Below, piece by piece: positions 53,063-61,173 of a stretch of 64,000 bases of DNA. The number at the start of each line of letters is the position of its first letter. The stretch's first letter is position 1. The notes below the pieces were generated by a model. It had not been told where the DNA came from and did not search any database. It was given only the letters and a program-made list of their open reading frames with translations. The translations under genes were made by a program, and so were the position numbers. The stretch comes from a virus (lineage: Duplodnaviria; Caudoviricetes), in the IMG/VR virus record IMGVR_UViG_3300037484_000235, positions 1-64,000 of that record. One strand, written 5' to 3'.

Positions 53063-53311
53063 TTACTCGATTTCGATTTTGGTGCGCTTGGCATCGTAAG
53101 CATATGCCGCCTGTGTGATCGCCAAGTTACCTACGGAGCACGCGACTCGCAGGTCATCAGCTGCCTTGAGGGCGTCAAAGACTGCATCCAGGTCATTGTA
53201 GACATTGAACTCCCTACGCTGGGCCTGTGCCTTCTGTTTGATGGTGCGTCCAACCGACTCCGTGGCGAAGTACTTACGGATGATGGCTCGAAACTGATTG
53301 TGTGTTGTCAT
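53063..53311 (-). CDS. hypothetical protein (helical family)
   Basis: LKAADDLR...AYDAKR. Confidence 0.6.
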   Translation of the reverse strand: MTTHNQFRAIIRKYFATESVGRTIKQKAQAQRREFNVYNDLDAVFDALKAADDLRVACSVGNLAITQAAYAYDAKRTKIEIE

Positions 53312-53365
53312 GCGATGCGCTCGTTGGTGGTCCCAGGCTTGATGAGACCATGAGGACTACACGAT

Positions 53366-53815
53366 TCACCAGAGATCTTCCGAGTAGAGAATCTTTCCGA
53401 TGGGGTAGCCTGGGTCTCTCAAAGGCTGCTTTGCGGCCTTGGCAAGCTTAGCCGCTACCCCACGCGTCACATACCGCCCGTGACTTGTTACGAAGCCCTG
53501 GCTCCTGCCCTGAACATTGAGAGAGTGCAGCCCCAAATGGAACAGTCGCTGCCGCATGATTGTGTCGTGTCGACCGGGGCGTCTAATGCTCCAAATCTCC
53601 CCATCGATACGCATGGCCGCTTGAAAGACAGTCTCTACTTCCCCAGGAAGCACGGGGTGCTCAAGCATTTCCCCCACGGGTGTGCGGCTCAAGAGCAGGG
53701 TGCGACCGCATCCCGCACAGGCGCCGCAGTAGCCATGGTCTACAGCCGGGCCCGTGTTGCCCGTGCCCGAACAGTGCAGGCAGGGGATGCCATAGGTCTT
53801 CAGGTAGGGGTTCAC
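53366..53815 (-). CDS. DnaJ-type zinc finger plus LYSEDLW domain
   Basis: CLHCSGTG, CGACAGCG; QGFVTS.GRYVTR...LYSEDLW. Confidence 0.7.
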   Translation of the reverse strand: MNPYLKTYGIPCLHCSGTGNTGPAVDHGYCGACAGCGRTLLLSRTPVGEMLEHPVLPGEVETVFQAAMRIDGEIWSIRRPGRHDTIMRQRLFHLGLHSLNVQGRSQGFVTSHGRYVTRGVAAKLAKAAKQPLRDPGYPIGKILYSEDLW

Positions 53816-54135
53816 AGCATAGCCTCTATCACCAGGGCCCTGAGATCCACCTTGGAGAAACCATTGGGGGCAACGACGTATACACCCTCAGGGGTCTCCA
53901 GCAGGTCACCCACCGAAGTCGAGCGCGGGCTCTGGAGGGTCAGCATCTTCACACCGTCCGCCTTGGACCAATCCGAATCAATGTGCTGGCTGGCCTTGAA
54001 GGCATCTCCAAGAGATGGAACCTCCAGAACGGCCACCGCATCGAAGTTCACGAGAGGCGCGACCTCACCGCACGAGACAGCCCAGCGAACGTTCCTACTC
54101 GCATCCGACCGAAGGTGAAAGACTGTGACTCGCAT
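53812..54135 (-). CDS. hypothetical protein with YodL-like motif
   Basis: RSTSVGDLL...YVVAPNGF; follows the element. Confidence 0.55.
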   Translation of the reverse strand: MRVTVFHLRSDASRNVRWAVSCGEVAPLVNFDAVAVLEVPSLGDAFKASQHIDSDWSKADGVKMLTLQSPRSTSVGDLLETPEGVYVVAPNGFSKVDLRALVIEAML

Positions 54136-54142
54136 GTGTGTT

Positions 54143-54184
54143 CCTCACCGGTGTAACGCTTGGCCTACCATCGATTACACGATT
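54143..54184 (-). promoter_or_regulatory. bipartite promoter-like element
   Basis: AATCGTGTAA-N16-CGTTACACCGGTGAGG. Confidence 0.85.
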
Positions 54185-54193
54185 GCGTGTACG

Positions 54194-54511
54194 TCACTTA
54201 CACCTGATGATGGAGACTTTCACCAGACGGCCGAATGACGCACGCTGCGTACGTGCAATCGAGCGGGCGAGGTCCATCCGCTGCCTTCGCTTCTCGCGGA
54301 AGATGAGGCGCCAGGGCTTGTCGATGATGAGTTTGTTGATCTCCTCCTGGACGCGCTGCTCCCGCTCGGCATCGGTCATCAGGTCGGACCACATCGCCAC
54401 CGACGCTCGCCGGATTGCCGTGATGCGGCAATGCAGTTCCACATCACGGCTCTGCTCCGCCCTCTTGAGTTGACGCGCCCACCGACGGCGCTTCTTCGAC
54501 GCAATGCTCAC
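54194..54511 (-). CDS. basic hypothetical protein
   Basis: GTGA overlap; Arg-rich. Confidence 0.6.
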   Translation of the reverse strand: MSIASKKRRRWARQLKRAEQSRDVELHCRITAIRRASVAMWSDLMTDAEREQRVQEEINKLIIDKPWRLIFREKRRQRMDLARSIARTQRASFGRLVKVSIIRCK

Positions 54512-55248
54512 AGACAGGGGTCCCCGCAGTTAGCACAGCCCCCATTGATACCGCGTCGTTCGTTGTTGCAGCACGCCGCATCGGGCTTGTTCGGGTCGTT
54601 CTGAGCGTCAAGGGCTTCTTGCCCCGTCAGACGCGGGTTGTACTCGTTGTACACCTGACGGTACGTACCATCCGCCTGTAGAACGTACCCGTCGGACTCC
54701 AGATCTGCATGCAGCAGATCACGGTCCTGCTTGCGCATCGCAAGCACATAGGGGTGGGTGTCCATATTGCGGCGAAGCCACCCCTCATGGTGCTCCCCCG
54801 CCCCAAGTCGTCCCTCCCCACTCCCGTGCCGCCCTGCAAAGAAGCTGAGGGCCCGGCGCAGCATCTTCTCCTGGTCTGCCAGGAACGAGAGGGCGTCATC
54901 CCGGGTCTGACCCCGCACAGGACACACAGCCATGCGTGCTGCATCCACCACGGCCCACAGCTGCTCCCAGACCTCCGGGTGACAGTCTGGACGCTCTGGC
55001 CCCGCACCGGCCTTCACCTTCCCGTAGGTGGCAAGGGAGGGACCGTCGCCGTTCGTGAGATCACCAAGCCGTGCAAGGAGCGCGGCCTTCGCCGTGGCAG
55101 CTCGCTCCACCTTCTCCGCAGGGGTGAGTGCCCGGTGCCGCCAGCACTTGCCGTCGTACTTGCCAGGCAGCTTGCACCCGTCGGAGATGGTGCCTCGCCC
55201 CACATGCTCCATGCAGTCGGGAACAGTCTTCTTCTTGGTCTTAGTCAT
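54508..55248 (-). CDS. hypothetical protein with Cys motifs
   Basis: Follows the element; C-terminal ACC...GGCANCGDPC. Confidence 0.7.
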   Translation of the reverse strand: MTKTKKKTVPDCMEHVGRGTISDGCKLPGKYDGKCWRHRALTPAEKVERAATAKAALLARLGDLTNGDGPSLATYGKVKAGAGPERPDCHPEVWEQLWAVVDAARMAVCPVRGQTRDDALSFLADQEKMLRRALSFFAGRHGSGEGRLGAGEHHEGWLRRNMDTHPYVLAMRKQDRDLLHADLESDGYVLQADGTYRQVYNEYNPRLTGQEALDAQNDPNKPDAACCNNERRGINGGCANCGDPCL

Positions 55249-55255
55249 GTATCTT

Positions 55256-55297
55256 CCTCACCAGTGTAACGGGCGGGACTCAGCCGATTACACGATT
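55256..55297 (-). promoter_or_regulatory. bipartite promoter-like element
   Basis: AATCGTGTAA-N16-CGTTACACTGGTGAGG. Confidence 0.85.
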
Positions 55298-55311
55298 GCC
55301 CTAGGTCGTAT

Positions 55312-55536
55312 TCATCGACCCCTTGCTGACACACCATTGAGCAGATCGGCTGCTTCACGGAGTGATTCCGCATGGTGGTAGTTTGAGTTCTCGTCACGAT
55401 CCGCTTGGTTCAGGAGGCGTTCCTGTGCAGCAAACACACCCATCTGCCACGCTTCGTGGAGAGCGCGACGGAACTCGCGCTTTGTCTTCGGTAGCGTCGC
55501 TAGTGCGTCGCCGTACTTGGGTAGCGGCTTGGTCAT
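55312..55536 (-). CDS. hypothetical protein
   Basis: Single gene between two elements. Confidence 0.7.
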   Translation of the reverse strand: MTKPLPKYGDALATLPKTKREFRRALHEAWQMGVFAAQERLLNQADRDENSNYHHAESLREAADLLNGVSARGR

Positions 55537-55543
55537 GGGTTTT

Positions 55544-55585
55544 CCTCACCAAGGTAACGGATGGCCTTTTGCGAAGTACACGATT
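55544..55585 (-). promoter_or_regulatory. bipartite promoter-like element
   Basis: AATCGTGTAC-N16-CGTTACCTTGGTGAGG. Confidence 0.8.
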
Positions 55586-55587
55586 CC

Positions 55588-56367
55588 TCAGGCTGTGCTC
55601 TTCTCGATGAAGAGCACGCAGGTGTTGACGAGGGTGCCGCTCTCCCGGAATGACCCAGGGTGCAAGTCGGTGATTGTGCCCCCCGCCTCACTCACCCAAG
55701 TACGGAACTCCGCATGCCGCCGATCCTGACGGAAGAGAACGCTAGAGGGCAGGACACACACGAGGATGCCACCTACCTTGAGGAGTCGGTACGCGAGCCG
55801 AGCGTGGTCAAGATGATCATTCAGGTTGATCTTGCAGAACGGGGGGTTCATCACCACACGATCGAACTCAGGCGTGAATACGCTGCCCCCAAATCCCATT
55901 TCCATGAAGTCATCGATCGGAGACACATCACATACGTCAGGGAATGTCTTGACGAGGTGGTGCCGCATCTTCTGATCGCGCTCAATGGCCCACACCTTCC
56001 CGGCGCCAGCTGCGATCAACGCACGTACGATGTTTCCAGTTCCAGCACTGGGCTCTAGACAGATGTGTCCAGATTCAACTCCTGCCATGCCCACCAGTTC
56101 GATTGCTAGCTGAGGCGGTGTAGGGAAAAACCCGATGTCCTTGTGCGTCGTGACCTCACCCATGAGGATGGCTTGATCAATGCGTTCTGCCGCATCCCCA
56201 TCAAAGACGTGGGCCTTGGCCTTGCGTTCCCACTTGCCACCTAGGGCTGTGAGCACTTCGTTCACCTTGGTGTAGAGTTTGCGGTCTAGTTGATCAACAA
56301 TGACCGCTTGATTTCCTACGCACTTGACGGTCGACAGGACGATCTGGACTTCGGGAGAGATCTTCAT
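55588..56367 (-). CDS. SAM-dependent N6-adenine DNA methyltransferase-like protein
   Basis: FFPTP, LEPSAGTGNIV (motif I), VVMNPPF (motif IV), F.ESGT.VNT. Confidence 0.85.
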   Translation of the reverse strand: MKISPEVQIVLSTVKCVGNQAVIVDQLDRKLYTKVNEVLTALGGKWERKAKAHVFDGDAAERIDQAILMGEVTTHKDIGFFPTPPQLAIELVGMAGVESGHICLEPSAGTGNIVRALIAAGAGKVWAIERDQKMRHHLVKTFPDVCDVSPIDDFMEMGFGGSVFTPEFDRVVMNPPFCKINLNDHLDHARLAYRLLKVGGILVCVLPSSVLFRQDRRHAEFRTWVSEAGGTITDLHPGSFRESGTLVNTCVLFIEKSTA

Positions 56368-56739
56368 TTAGCTGCGTGCTCCAGGATACCGTATGTTGTA
56401 CTTCGTCATGAACTTCGCACGGGACTCTTTGGCTTCCTTTTCGAAGGTCTCCGCTAGTTTTCGAAGAAGGAAGGCCTCATCGGTCTTGCCGTCTGCGAAC
56501 GACTTCCCAGATAGCTCACGGAATCGGGGCCAGAAGTCTTCTTGCATAGAGACCTGGCCCAGTTCGAAGTTCTTAGTCCTCAGGGTTTCGAGAGGGTCCC
56601 CCTCAGACTCATCGCCTAGATCCCCGTTGAGAGCGTTGTTGTGAAAGCCAATCGGACACACGAAATTGACGCAGTGTTCGTAGCTCTGTTCCTCGCACAC
56701 CAAACACTTGGAACTCTTTCCGTCTTTTGCTTTGCTCAC
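56368..56739 (-). CDS. hypothetical protein
   Basis: GTGA overlap; CLVC...C..FVC. Confidence 0.6.
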   Translation of the reverse strand: MSKAKDGKSSKCLVCEEQSYEHCVNFVCPIGFHNNALNGDLGDESEGDPLETLRTKNFELGQVSMQEDFWPRFRELSGKSFADGKTDEAFLLRKLAETFEKEAKESRAKFMTKYNIRYPGARS

Positions 56740-56999
56740 GTTGGTACCTCTTCCAGGGGCCATGAAATTGCAGGCCAGTAGGCAACGACTCCCTTGCCCA
56801 TATTGTCAGTAGTCGGGCGGAACCCAACCACTGAGGTAAGTTCGCCGGCCTCCACGTTGCTGTGCACGCGGACTGATACACAGAGCCCACCATGCATACC
56901 ACGACCAGAGTAGGGCTCAGGCTCGTATCCTGCGGTATCGAGTGCCACGATGACGGCTTCCAAATCGGAAGCGCGTCCCACATAAAAACGCCTGGTCAT
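56736..56999 (-). CDS. hypothetical protein, paralog of 16029-16262
   Basis: YSGRGMHG...AGELTSVVGFRPTTDNMGKGVVAYWPAISW. Confidence 0.8.
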   Translation of the reverse strand: MTRRFYVGRASDLEAVIVALDTAGYEPEPYSGRGMHGGLCVSVRVHSNVEAGELTSVVGFRPTTDNMGKGVVAYWPAISWPLEEVPT

Positions 57000-57196
57000 C
57001 TGTAGCCTCTGTCGGATAGCTCTTTTCGTACGGACTTCACGGCCTTTAGCCGTGTCTTGTAGGTCTCTTTAGGGACTTCTCGTGTTCCGTCTTCTGTTTC
57101 CGTAAGCCACTCGTATTGACCACAGAGAGACTCTTCCAGGTATGCCTCTAGGCGTCGAAGAACGAAGCGACGTGCTTCTTGGTACTCAGTGCTCAC
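56996..57196 (-). CDS. hypothetical protein
   Basis: 4-nt overlaps with neighbours. Confidence 0.6.
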   Translation of the reverse strand: MSTEYQEARRFVLRRLEAYLEESLCGQYEWLTETEDGTREVPKETYKTRLKAVKSVRKELSDRGYR

Positions 57197-57612
57197 CTGG
57201 TTACCGTTGATTCAGGCGGCGTTGTTTTCCAAGTGTCTCCAGTTGAAAGGTCGGCAATCTTGACCAGATCGGTGGATCGAGCAATGATTCTCTCAAGTGC
57301 AGCTCGCGGGTCATTAGTGTGACCATCTCGGATGTTCATGGCGTCCATCTTGATGCTCTGGGCGCACGAGATGACCTGCATCATGGGAGTATCCTGCTTG
57401 AACACAGGTCCCTCTTCCGGCAGGTCCATCCACTTCTCCCAGTGGACTTCAAGTGCTCGTAGCAGGTGCTGACCCGCCCCGTTCCGCAGTAGAATAGCGA
57501 TTCGAGAGGAGAGGGGGAGTTGCTCCATCCACCGAGTCTTGTCTTCTCTGGTGAGCATGTGCTCGACCAGTTCGATGCTGTGGTGTCCGAAGCCCTTCTT
57601 ATTGGTGGTCAT
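57193..57612 (-). CDS. hypothetical protein
   Basis: ATGA overlap. Confidence 0.6.
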   Translation of the reverse strand: MTTNKKGFGHHSIELVEHMLTREDKTRWMEQLPLSSRIAILLRNGAGQHLLRALEVHWEKWMDLPEEGPVFKQDTPMMQVISCAQSIKMDAMNIRDGHTNDPRAALERIIARSTDLVKIADLSTGDTWKTTPPESTVTR

Positions 57613-57929
57613 GACGATTTGAATCTGAGTGTGATGGGATCCGTGATCGAGTCCCACTGGTCGTCCAGCCTGTTGAGAAGGGCGCACCGAAGGCACTTAC
57701 GATCTCTCTGACGATTGGTGTCCGTGCACCGGTAGTCGTGCTGCACAATTCCCAGGATGGTCTTAGGATTCTCCAGGAAGAGCACGAGGAAGGCACTCTG
57801 GGCGGCAGCCTCCTTGGCTTCAAGCGCAAGGCGCTCCGCCTTCTCCCGAGCCTCACGATCATCGTTGCGGCGCTTGGCCTCAGCGAAGATCTCCACGTCG
57901 GTGAACTTCTTGATGTCAGCCACGGTCAT
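57609..57929 (-). CDS. hypothetical protein
   Basis: Coiled coil, then H..RC...CLRC. Confidence 0.6.
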   Translation of the reverse strand: MTVADIKKFTDVEIFAEAKRRNDDREAREKAERLALEAKEAAAQSAFLVLFLENPKTILGIVQHDYRCTDTNRQRDRKCLRCALLNRLDDQWDSITDPITLRFKSS

Positions 57930-58203
57930 TGATCTCCCTCTGGGCAGTGGACAGCTCGACCGCAGATTCCAGCGCCAACACAGCCTCATCATGCAGGTAC
58001 CTGGGCATCACGCCGAGTCCCTCTTCCACGATCAGCTCCAGGGCTTCCTGCATCTTCAGCATGCGTTCGCGCTCTTGCTTGGTCATCATGGGGGTGTCCA
58101 GTACTTCGGTTGGCCACTCAATGGACGTCGCTGTGCAATCTGCCTTGGGGCCAATCTTGCGTGGTACTCGGAGCGTCTTCGTCCTGGGCTTCTTTTCGGT
58201 CAT
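57916..58203 (-). CDS. hypothetical protein
   Basis: Tiles the operon. Confidence 0.6.
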   Translation of the reverse strand: MTEKKPRTKTLRVPRKIGPKADCTATSIEWPTEVLDTPMMTKQERERMLKMQEALELIVEEGLGVMPRYLHDEAVLALESAVELSTAQREINDRG

Positions 58204-58211
58204 GACAATTC

Positions 58212-58433
58212 TCAGCGTCGATGGGGGTAATACATTCGAAGATACTTCTCAGAGATGCGCCATGGTTGAACGCTTCTTGGGGGTGGATTTACGCTCTCCA
58301 CCAGAAGCATCCCTTGCTCGTTGGGCTCGTACTCCGGGAATTTCCCACAAGTTCCTACGATGATCACACCGGATGAGGAATCCACTCCTGGCTCCCATCT
58401 TTGACCAACCTGGAGTTCCTCAGGATCCGTCAT
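58212..58433 (-). CDS. hypothetical protein
   Basis: LQVGQRW; ATGA overlap. Confidence 0.6.
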   Translation of the reverse strand: MTDPEELQVGQRWEPGVDSSSGVIIVGTCGKFPEYEPNEQGMLLVESVNPPPRSVQPWRISEKYLRMYYPHRR

Positions 58434-58699
58434 CGCTTGGACATCCTAACGGGTGATTTCTTCTTGACGGGCATCCCGCCGCGAATGGTGAGCACCTTGC
58501 CGTGTAGGTTGCTCAGAGCTTCAATCGGCGTGTCCCCCTGTGCCTGTGTGTTGACGATGTTCTGCCAACCCGCGCTGGACAACACGGTGTAGCCAGCGTA
58601 CCAAAACAGGACACCCTTCTTGTCGATCACAGGACCGAGCTTTACCCGACGGCGAGTCATCCAGGCAAACCACTCAGCCTCAGTCTTGGGTGTCTTCAT
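58430..58699 (-). CDS. hypothetical protein
   Basis: ATGA overlap. Confidence 0.6.
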   Translation of the reverse strand: MKTPKTEAEWFAWMTRRRVKLGPVIDKKGVLFWYAGYTVLSSAGWQNIVNTQAQGDTPIEALSNLHGKVLTIRGGMPVKKKSPVRMSKR

Positions 58700-58887
58700 G
58701 CCTTGTATCCCCTTGCCTTGTATCCCCTTGCCTTGTACGCCTTTAGATCAGCTTTCAGAATGCAGATGCTGCAAGTCCCGCATTCGTCTTCGCACTCACG
58801 GAGCCCTACGACCATTTCTGCGGAATAAATCAGATTCCACAGGAGGTCTGCCTTGGTCTTGCGAGGGGTCTTCGTCTTGGTCGTCAT
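58696..58887 (-). CDS. hypothetical protein with YKARG repeats
   Basis: Follows the element. Confidence 0.7.
   Translation of the reverse strand: MTTKTKTPRKTKADLLWNLIYSAEMVVGLRECEDECGTCSICILKADLKAYKARGYKARGYKA
58699..58738. repeat. 15-bp tandem repeat (about 2.7 units)
   Basis: TGCCTTGTATCCCCT x2 plus TGCCTTGTAC. Confidence 0.85.
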
Positions 58888-58894
58888 GGGCTTT

Positions 58895-58936
58895 CCTCAC
58901 CTAAATAACGGGTCAGCCCCCAGGGATTACACGATT
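58895..58936 (-). promoter_or_regulatory. bipartite promoter-like element
   Basis: AATCGTGTAA-N16-CGTTATTTAGGTGAGG. Confidence 0.85.
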
Positions 58937-58982
58937 CCGGGCCTGTGTAACGAACGGACCCATTCCACCCAAACCAGCGGAT

Positions 58983-59243
58983 TCACCGCCCTTTCATTCG
59001 CTGGCCATGCCGCTTGCGTTGTTCACGTTCAATGCGCTTTCGTTCGTGGGTCTTGCCCTGGGGTCCTACCGATTTGCCCTTGTTGTAACACCACTTAGGC
59101 AGAGTGGGAGGCATCGGAAGATCCTCGTGCTGCACTGGTCGCACTTCGAGCAGTATCACTGGATCGTTGCGATGCTGACGCAGCAGCTCGGCCTGAAGAG
59201 CTACTTCGGCAACCATGAGTAGGACAGTCTTGGGGCTTCTCAC
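58983..59243 (-). CDS. hypothetical protein
   Basis: Tiles the operon. Confidence 0.5.
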   Translation of the reverse strand: MRSPKTVLLMVAEVALQAELLRQHRNDPVILLEVRPVQHEDLPMPPTLPKWCYNKGKSVGPQGKTHERKRIEREQRKRHGQRMKGR

Positions 59244-59246
59244 GGG

Positions 59247-59516
59247 CTAGTCCTTCGGGAAGTCGAATTTGTCGACTGTGGCTGCCTTCCAGGCTCGAAG
59301 TTCCTCAAAGTCACGAAGCTCGTACTCCGTGACCTGGCCCGGGTAGATGTCCGAGATGTATAGGCGCTGGCCGTAGCAATCCACAACCCAATCTCCCACA
59401 CGGAACTCCCGGCGAACCTTGCGAAGCTCTTCTGCGACGAGCTTTTGGAGAGCGAGGGTCAGTTGGTCTGCCACCTTGGAGGGGAGTTCGTCTGGGATGT
59501 CTAGTGTGATTTTCAT
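59247..59516 (-). CDS. hypothetical protein
   Basis: FRVGDWVVD SH3-like tail. Confidence 0.6.
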   Translation of the reverse strand: MKITLDIPDELPSKVADQLTLALQKLVAEELRKVRREFRVGDWVVDCYGQRLYISDIYPGQVTEYELRDFEELRAWKAATVDKFDFPKD

Positions 59517-59884
59517 GCGGGGGTCTTTCGGTCTTGAGCGTGCTGGAAGGCTGTCTCAGGGCTTGCCTGCTCCAAAAGGTTGTTCCATGCCTCAGCAGCG
59601 ACCCTTGCCCTCTTGTTCGCCTCGAACGCAAGAGAACGCAGTCGCAAGTAAGCCGCATGCGCTTCTCGCAAACGAACGAGCATCTCAGCGTCGCACTCAC
59701 GCTTGTACTCAGTAGCTGCGCCCAAGGCGTCCTCAACCGTGGGACGGGCCCCACCCCGTTCATTGGCCGCAGCCGCAGCCTGGAACCCTGCCAGGACGTC
59801 TGGGTGGTCACTGGGGGGTACGTATCCGAACGAGACCCAGACCTTCCAGCCGGTGATAAACGCGGCGCGTTGGCAGGTGTTCAC
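59513..59884 (-). CDS. hypothetical protein
   Basis: 4-nt overlaps with neighbours. Confidence 0.6.
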   Translation of the reverse strand: MNTCQRAAFITGWKVWVSFGYVPPSDHPDVLAGFQAAAAANERGGARPTVEDALGAATEYKRECDAEMLVRLREAHAAYLRLRSLAFEANKRARVAAEAWNNLLEQASPETAFQHAQDRKTPA

Positions 59885-60114
59885 GACTCGCTCCCCGGGC
59901 CCCAGCGGTGGTCACAGGCGCAGCACCGGAACTCCTGGCGTGAGCCCTGGCACCCGTTGTCCTCAGTGTCCTTGCACCCGCAAGAGGGGCACTCGGAGCC
60001 CTCAGCTTGGCGCACAGACTTTGCGAGTGATCGGAGCTGGATCTGACGCTCCAGGTCCGTGAAGGGAGCAAGCAGGATACCGAGAGTGATTTGATCGATG
60101 GTCTTGGGGGTCAT
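59881..60114 (-). CDS. zinc-ribbon protein
   Basis: CPSCG...CCACDHRW. Confidence 0.65.
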   Translation of the reverse strand: MTPKTIDQITLGILLAPFTDLERQIQLRSLAKSVRQAEGSECPSCGCKDTEDNGCQGSRQEFRCCACDHRWGPGSES

Positions 60115-60347
60115 GGGGCCTCCGGATGAAATGTGAGGTTGCTTGGACCAGCGTAATAGCCACTCTTGTATGCCTGCACCGCGTACCCACGCTCGTAACC
60201 AATGAGTCGGTCCGTAGGCCAGCCGTGCTCTACGGCCCAAGTTCGCGCCGCAACGAGCGTTGGCCAGTAGTAAATGCCGCGATGCGTCTTTAGCGTGTCG
60301 TCCATAGTTCTCCTGAGTGGCGCTACATCACACACGCGGTGAGCCAT
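60111..60347 (-). CDS. hypothetical protein
   Basis: Downstream of the element after a 70-nt leader. Confidence 0.6.
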   Translation of the reverse strand: MAHRVCDVAPLRRTMDDTLKTHRGIYYWPTLVAARTWAVEHGWPTDRLIGYERGYAVQAYKSGYYAGPSNLTFHPEAP

Positions 60348-60417
60348 GATCCCAAGGGTCGCCCTTGCTGGCCCTGGGTAGCGCCGTTCCTAGCGGTTCG
60401 TGTGCGGTGTAGCGTCT

Positions 60418-60458
60418 CTCACCTAGGTAACGGTTGAGCCCACCAGGATTACACGATT
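60418..60458 (-). promoter_or_regulatory. bipartite promoter-like element
   Basis: AATCGTGTAA-N16-CGTTACCTAGGTGAG. Confidence 0.85.
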
Positions 60459-60463
60459 ACAGG

Positions 60464-60757
60464 CTATCGATCGTAGAACCTCGCGTTTGGGTTCTCACGA
60501 AGGAAATCACCAAGTTCTTTGATCTGCTCCTCAACCCACTCGGGTTTGCCCTCGAAAACTGCTGTGTTCCAGGGCTGCTTGACCCAATCCGGTTCTGGCC
60601 AAAGATTGCGAAGCCACTCACAGTAGGCTGCGTAGCGGGCCTGAGTCGTCGTGTGGGAGAGGATGCGGTAAGTCACCTCTGTAGGTGTCTGCGCCAAGCC
60701 CATCGTCTTGCGATGCTTGCCATGTGCGCCGTTATCGACCCCCAGATTCATACTCAT
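60464..60757 (-). CDS. hypothetical protein
   Basis: LAQTPTEVTYRIL. Confidence 0.65.
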   Translation of the reverse strand: MSMNLGVDNGAHGKHRKTMGLAQTPTEVTYRILSHTTTQARYAAYCEWLRNLWPEPDWVKQPWNTAVFEGKPEWVEEQIKELGDFLRENPNARFYDR

Positions 60758-60761
60758 GGTG

Positions 60762-60947
60762 TTAGCGTCCAGTCTCGTTGTCTACGACCGTCTCGATGGT
60801 GTCCCCACCTTCGGGAGTCTGCGCCACACGCACCGCCACACACTCTTGGCAGCACCAAATGACCAGACGCCCTTGACCGCTCTTGGTCTCTAGCTCGGGC
60901 CGACGACCCCAGCGGTGGGTCACGCAGAACTGCTTGATCGTGGTCAT
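60762..60947 (-). CDS. hypothetical protein
   Basis: ATG 60947 follows the element; C.TH...CCQEC. Confidence 0.65.
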   Translation of the reverse strand: MTTIKQFCVTHRWGRRPELETKSGQGRLVIWCCQECVAVRVAQTPEGGDTIETVVDNETGR

Positions 60948-60952
60948 GATGT

Positions 60953-60994
60953 CCTCACCTGTATAACGGTCGGGGACCAGAGGATTACATGATT
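60953..60994 (-). promoter_or_regulatory. bipartite promoter-like element
   Basis: AATCATGTAA-N16-CGTTATACAGGTGAGG. Confidence 0.8.
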
Positions 60995-61002
60995 CAGGAC
61001 CA

Positions 61003-61156
61003 AATCCACTCCTACAAGCTGCCCTCGACCCCAGCTCCACCCCCGGCCTAGGATGGGGGCTTCTTTGACTGGTAGGTTAGGTCGTGATTGCAATCACACC
61101 TACTGCGGCTTTTGCATGCCGGAGCCCATTTCGAGAGCAGCTTGTAGAAGTGGATT
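61003..61156 (-). ncRNA. candidate structured non-coding RNA
   Basis: 26-bp terminal inverted repeat (24/26; both mismatches are G-U pairs on -); nested stems; 14-bp palindrome at 61084-61097. Confidence 0.6.
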
Positions 61157-61173
61157 CTTAGCGCTGAGGGACC

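Noticed and set aside
58941-58953. Orphan CCTGTGTAACGA half-site
   Set aside because: No AATCGTGTAA-like box 15-17 nt upstream.
61003-61156. MITE or complete retron
   Set aside because: No target-site duplication (flanks are GGACCA and CTTAGC), no second copy and no transposase or reverse transcriptase in the window. Kept only as an ncRNA candidate.
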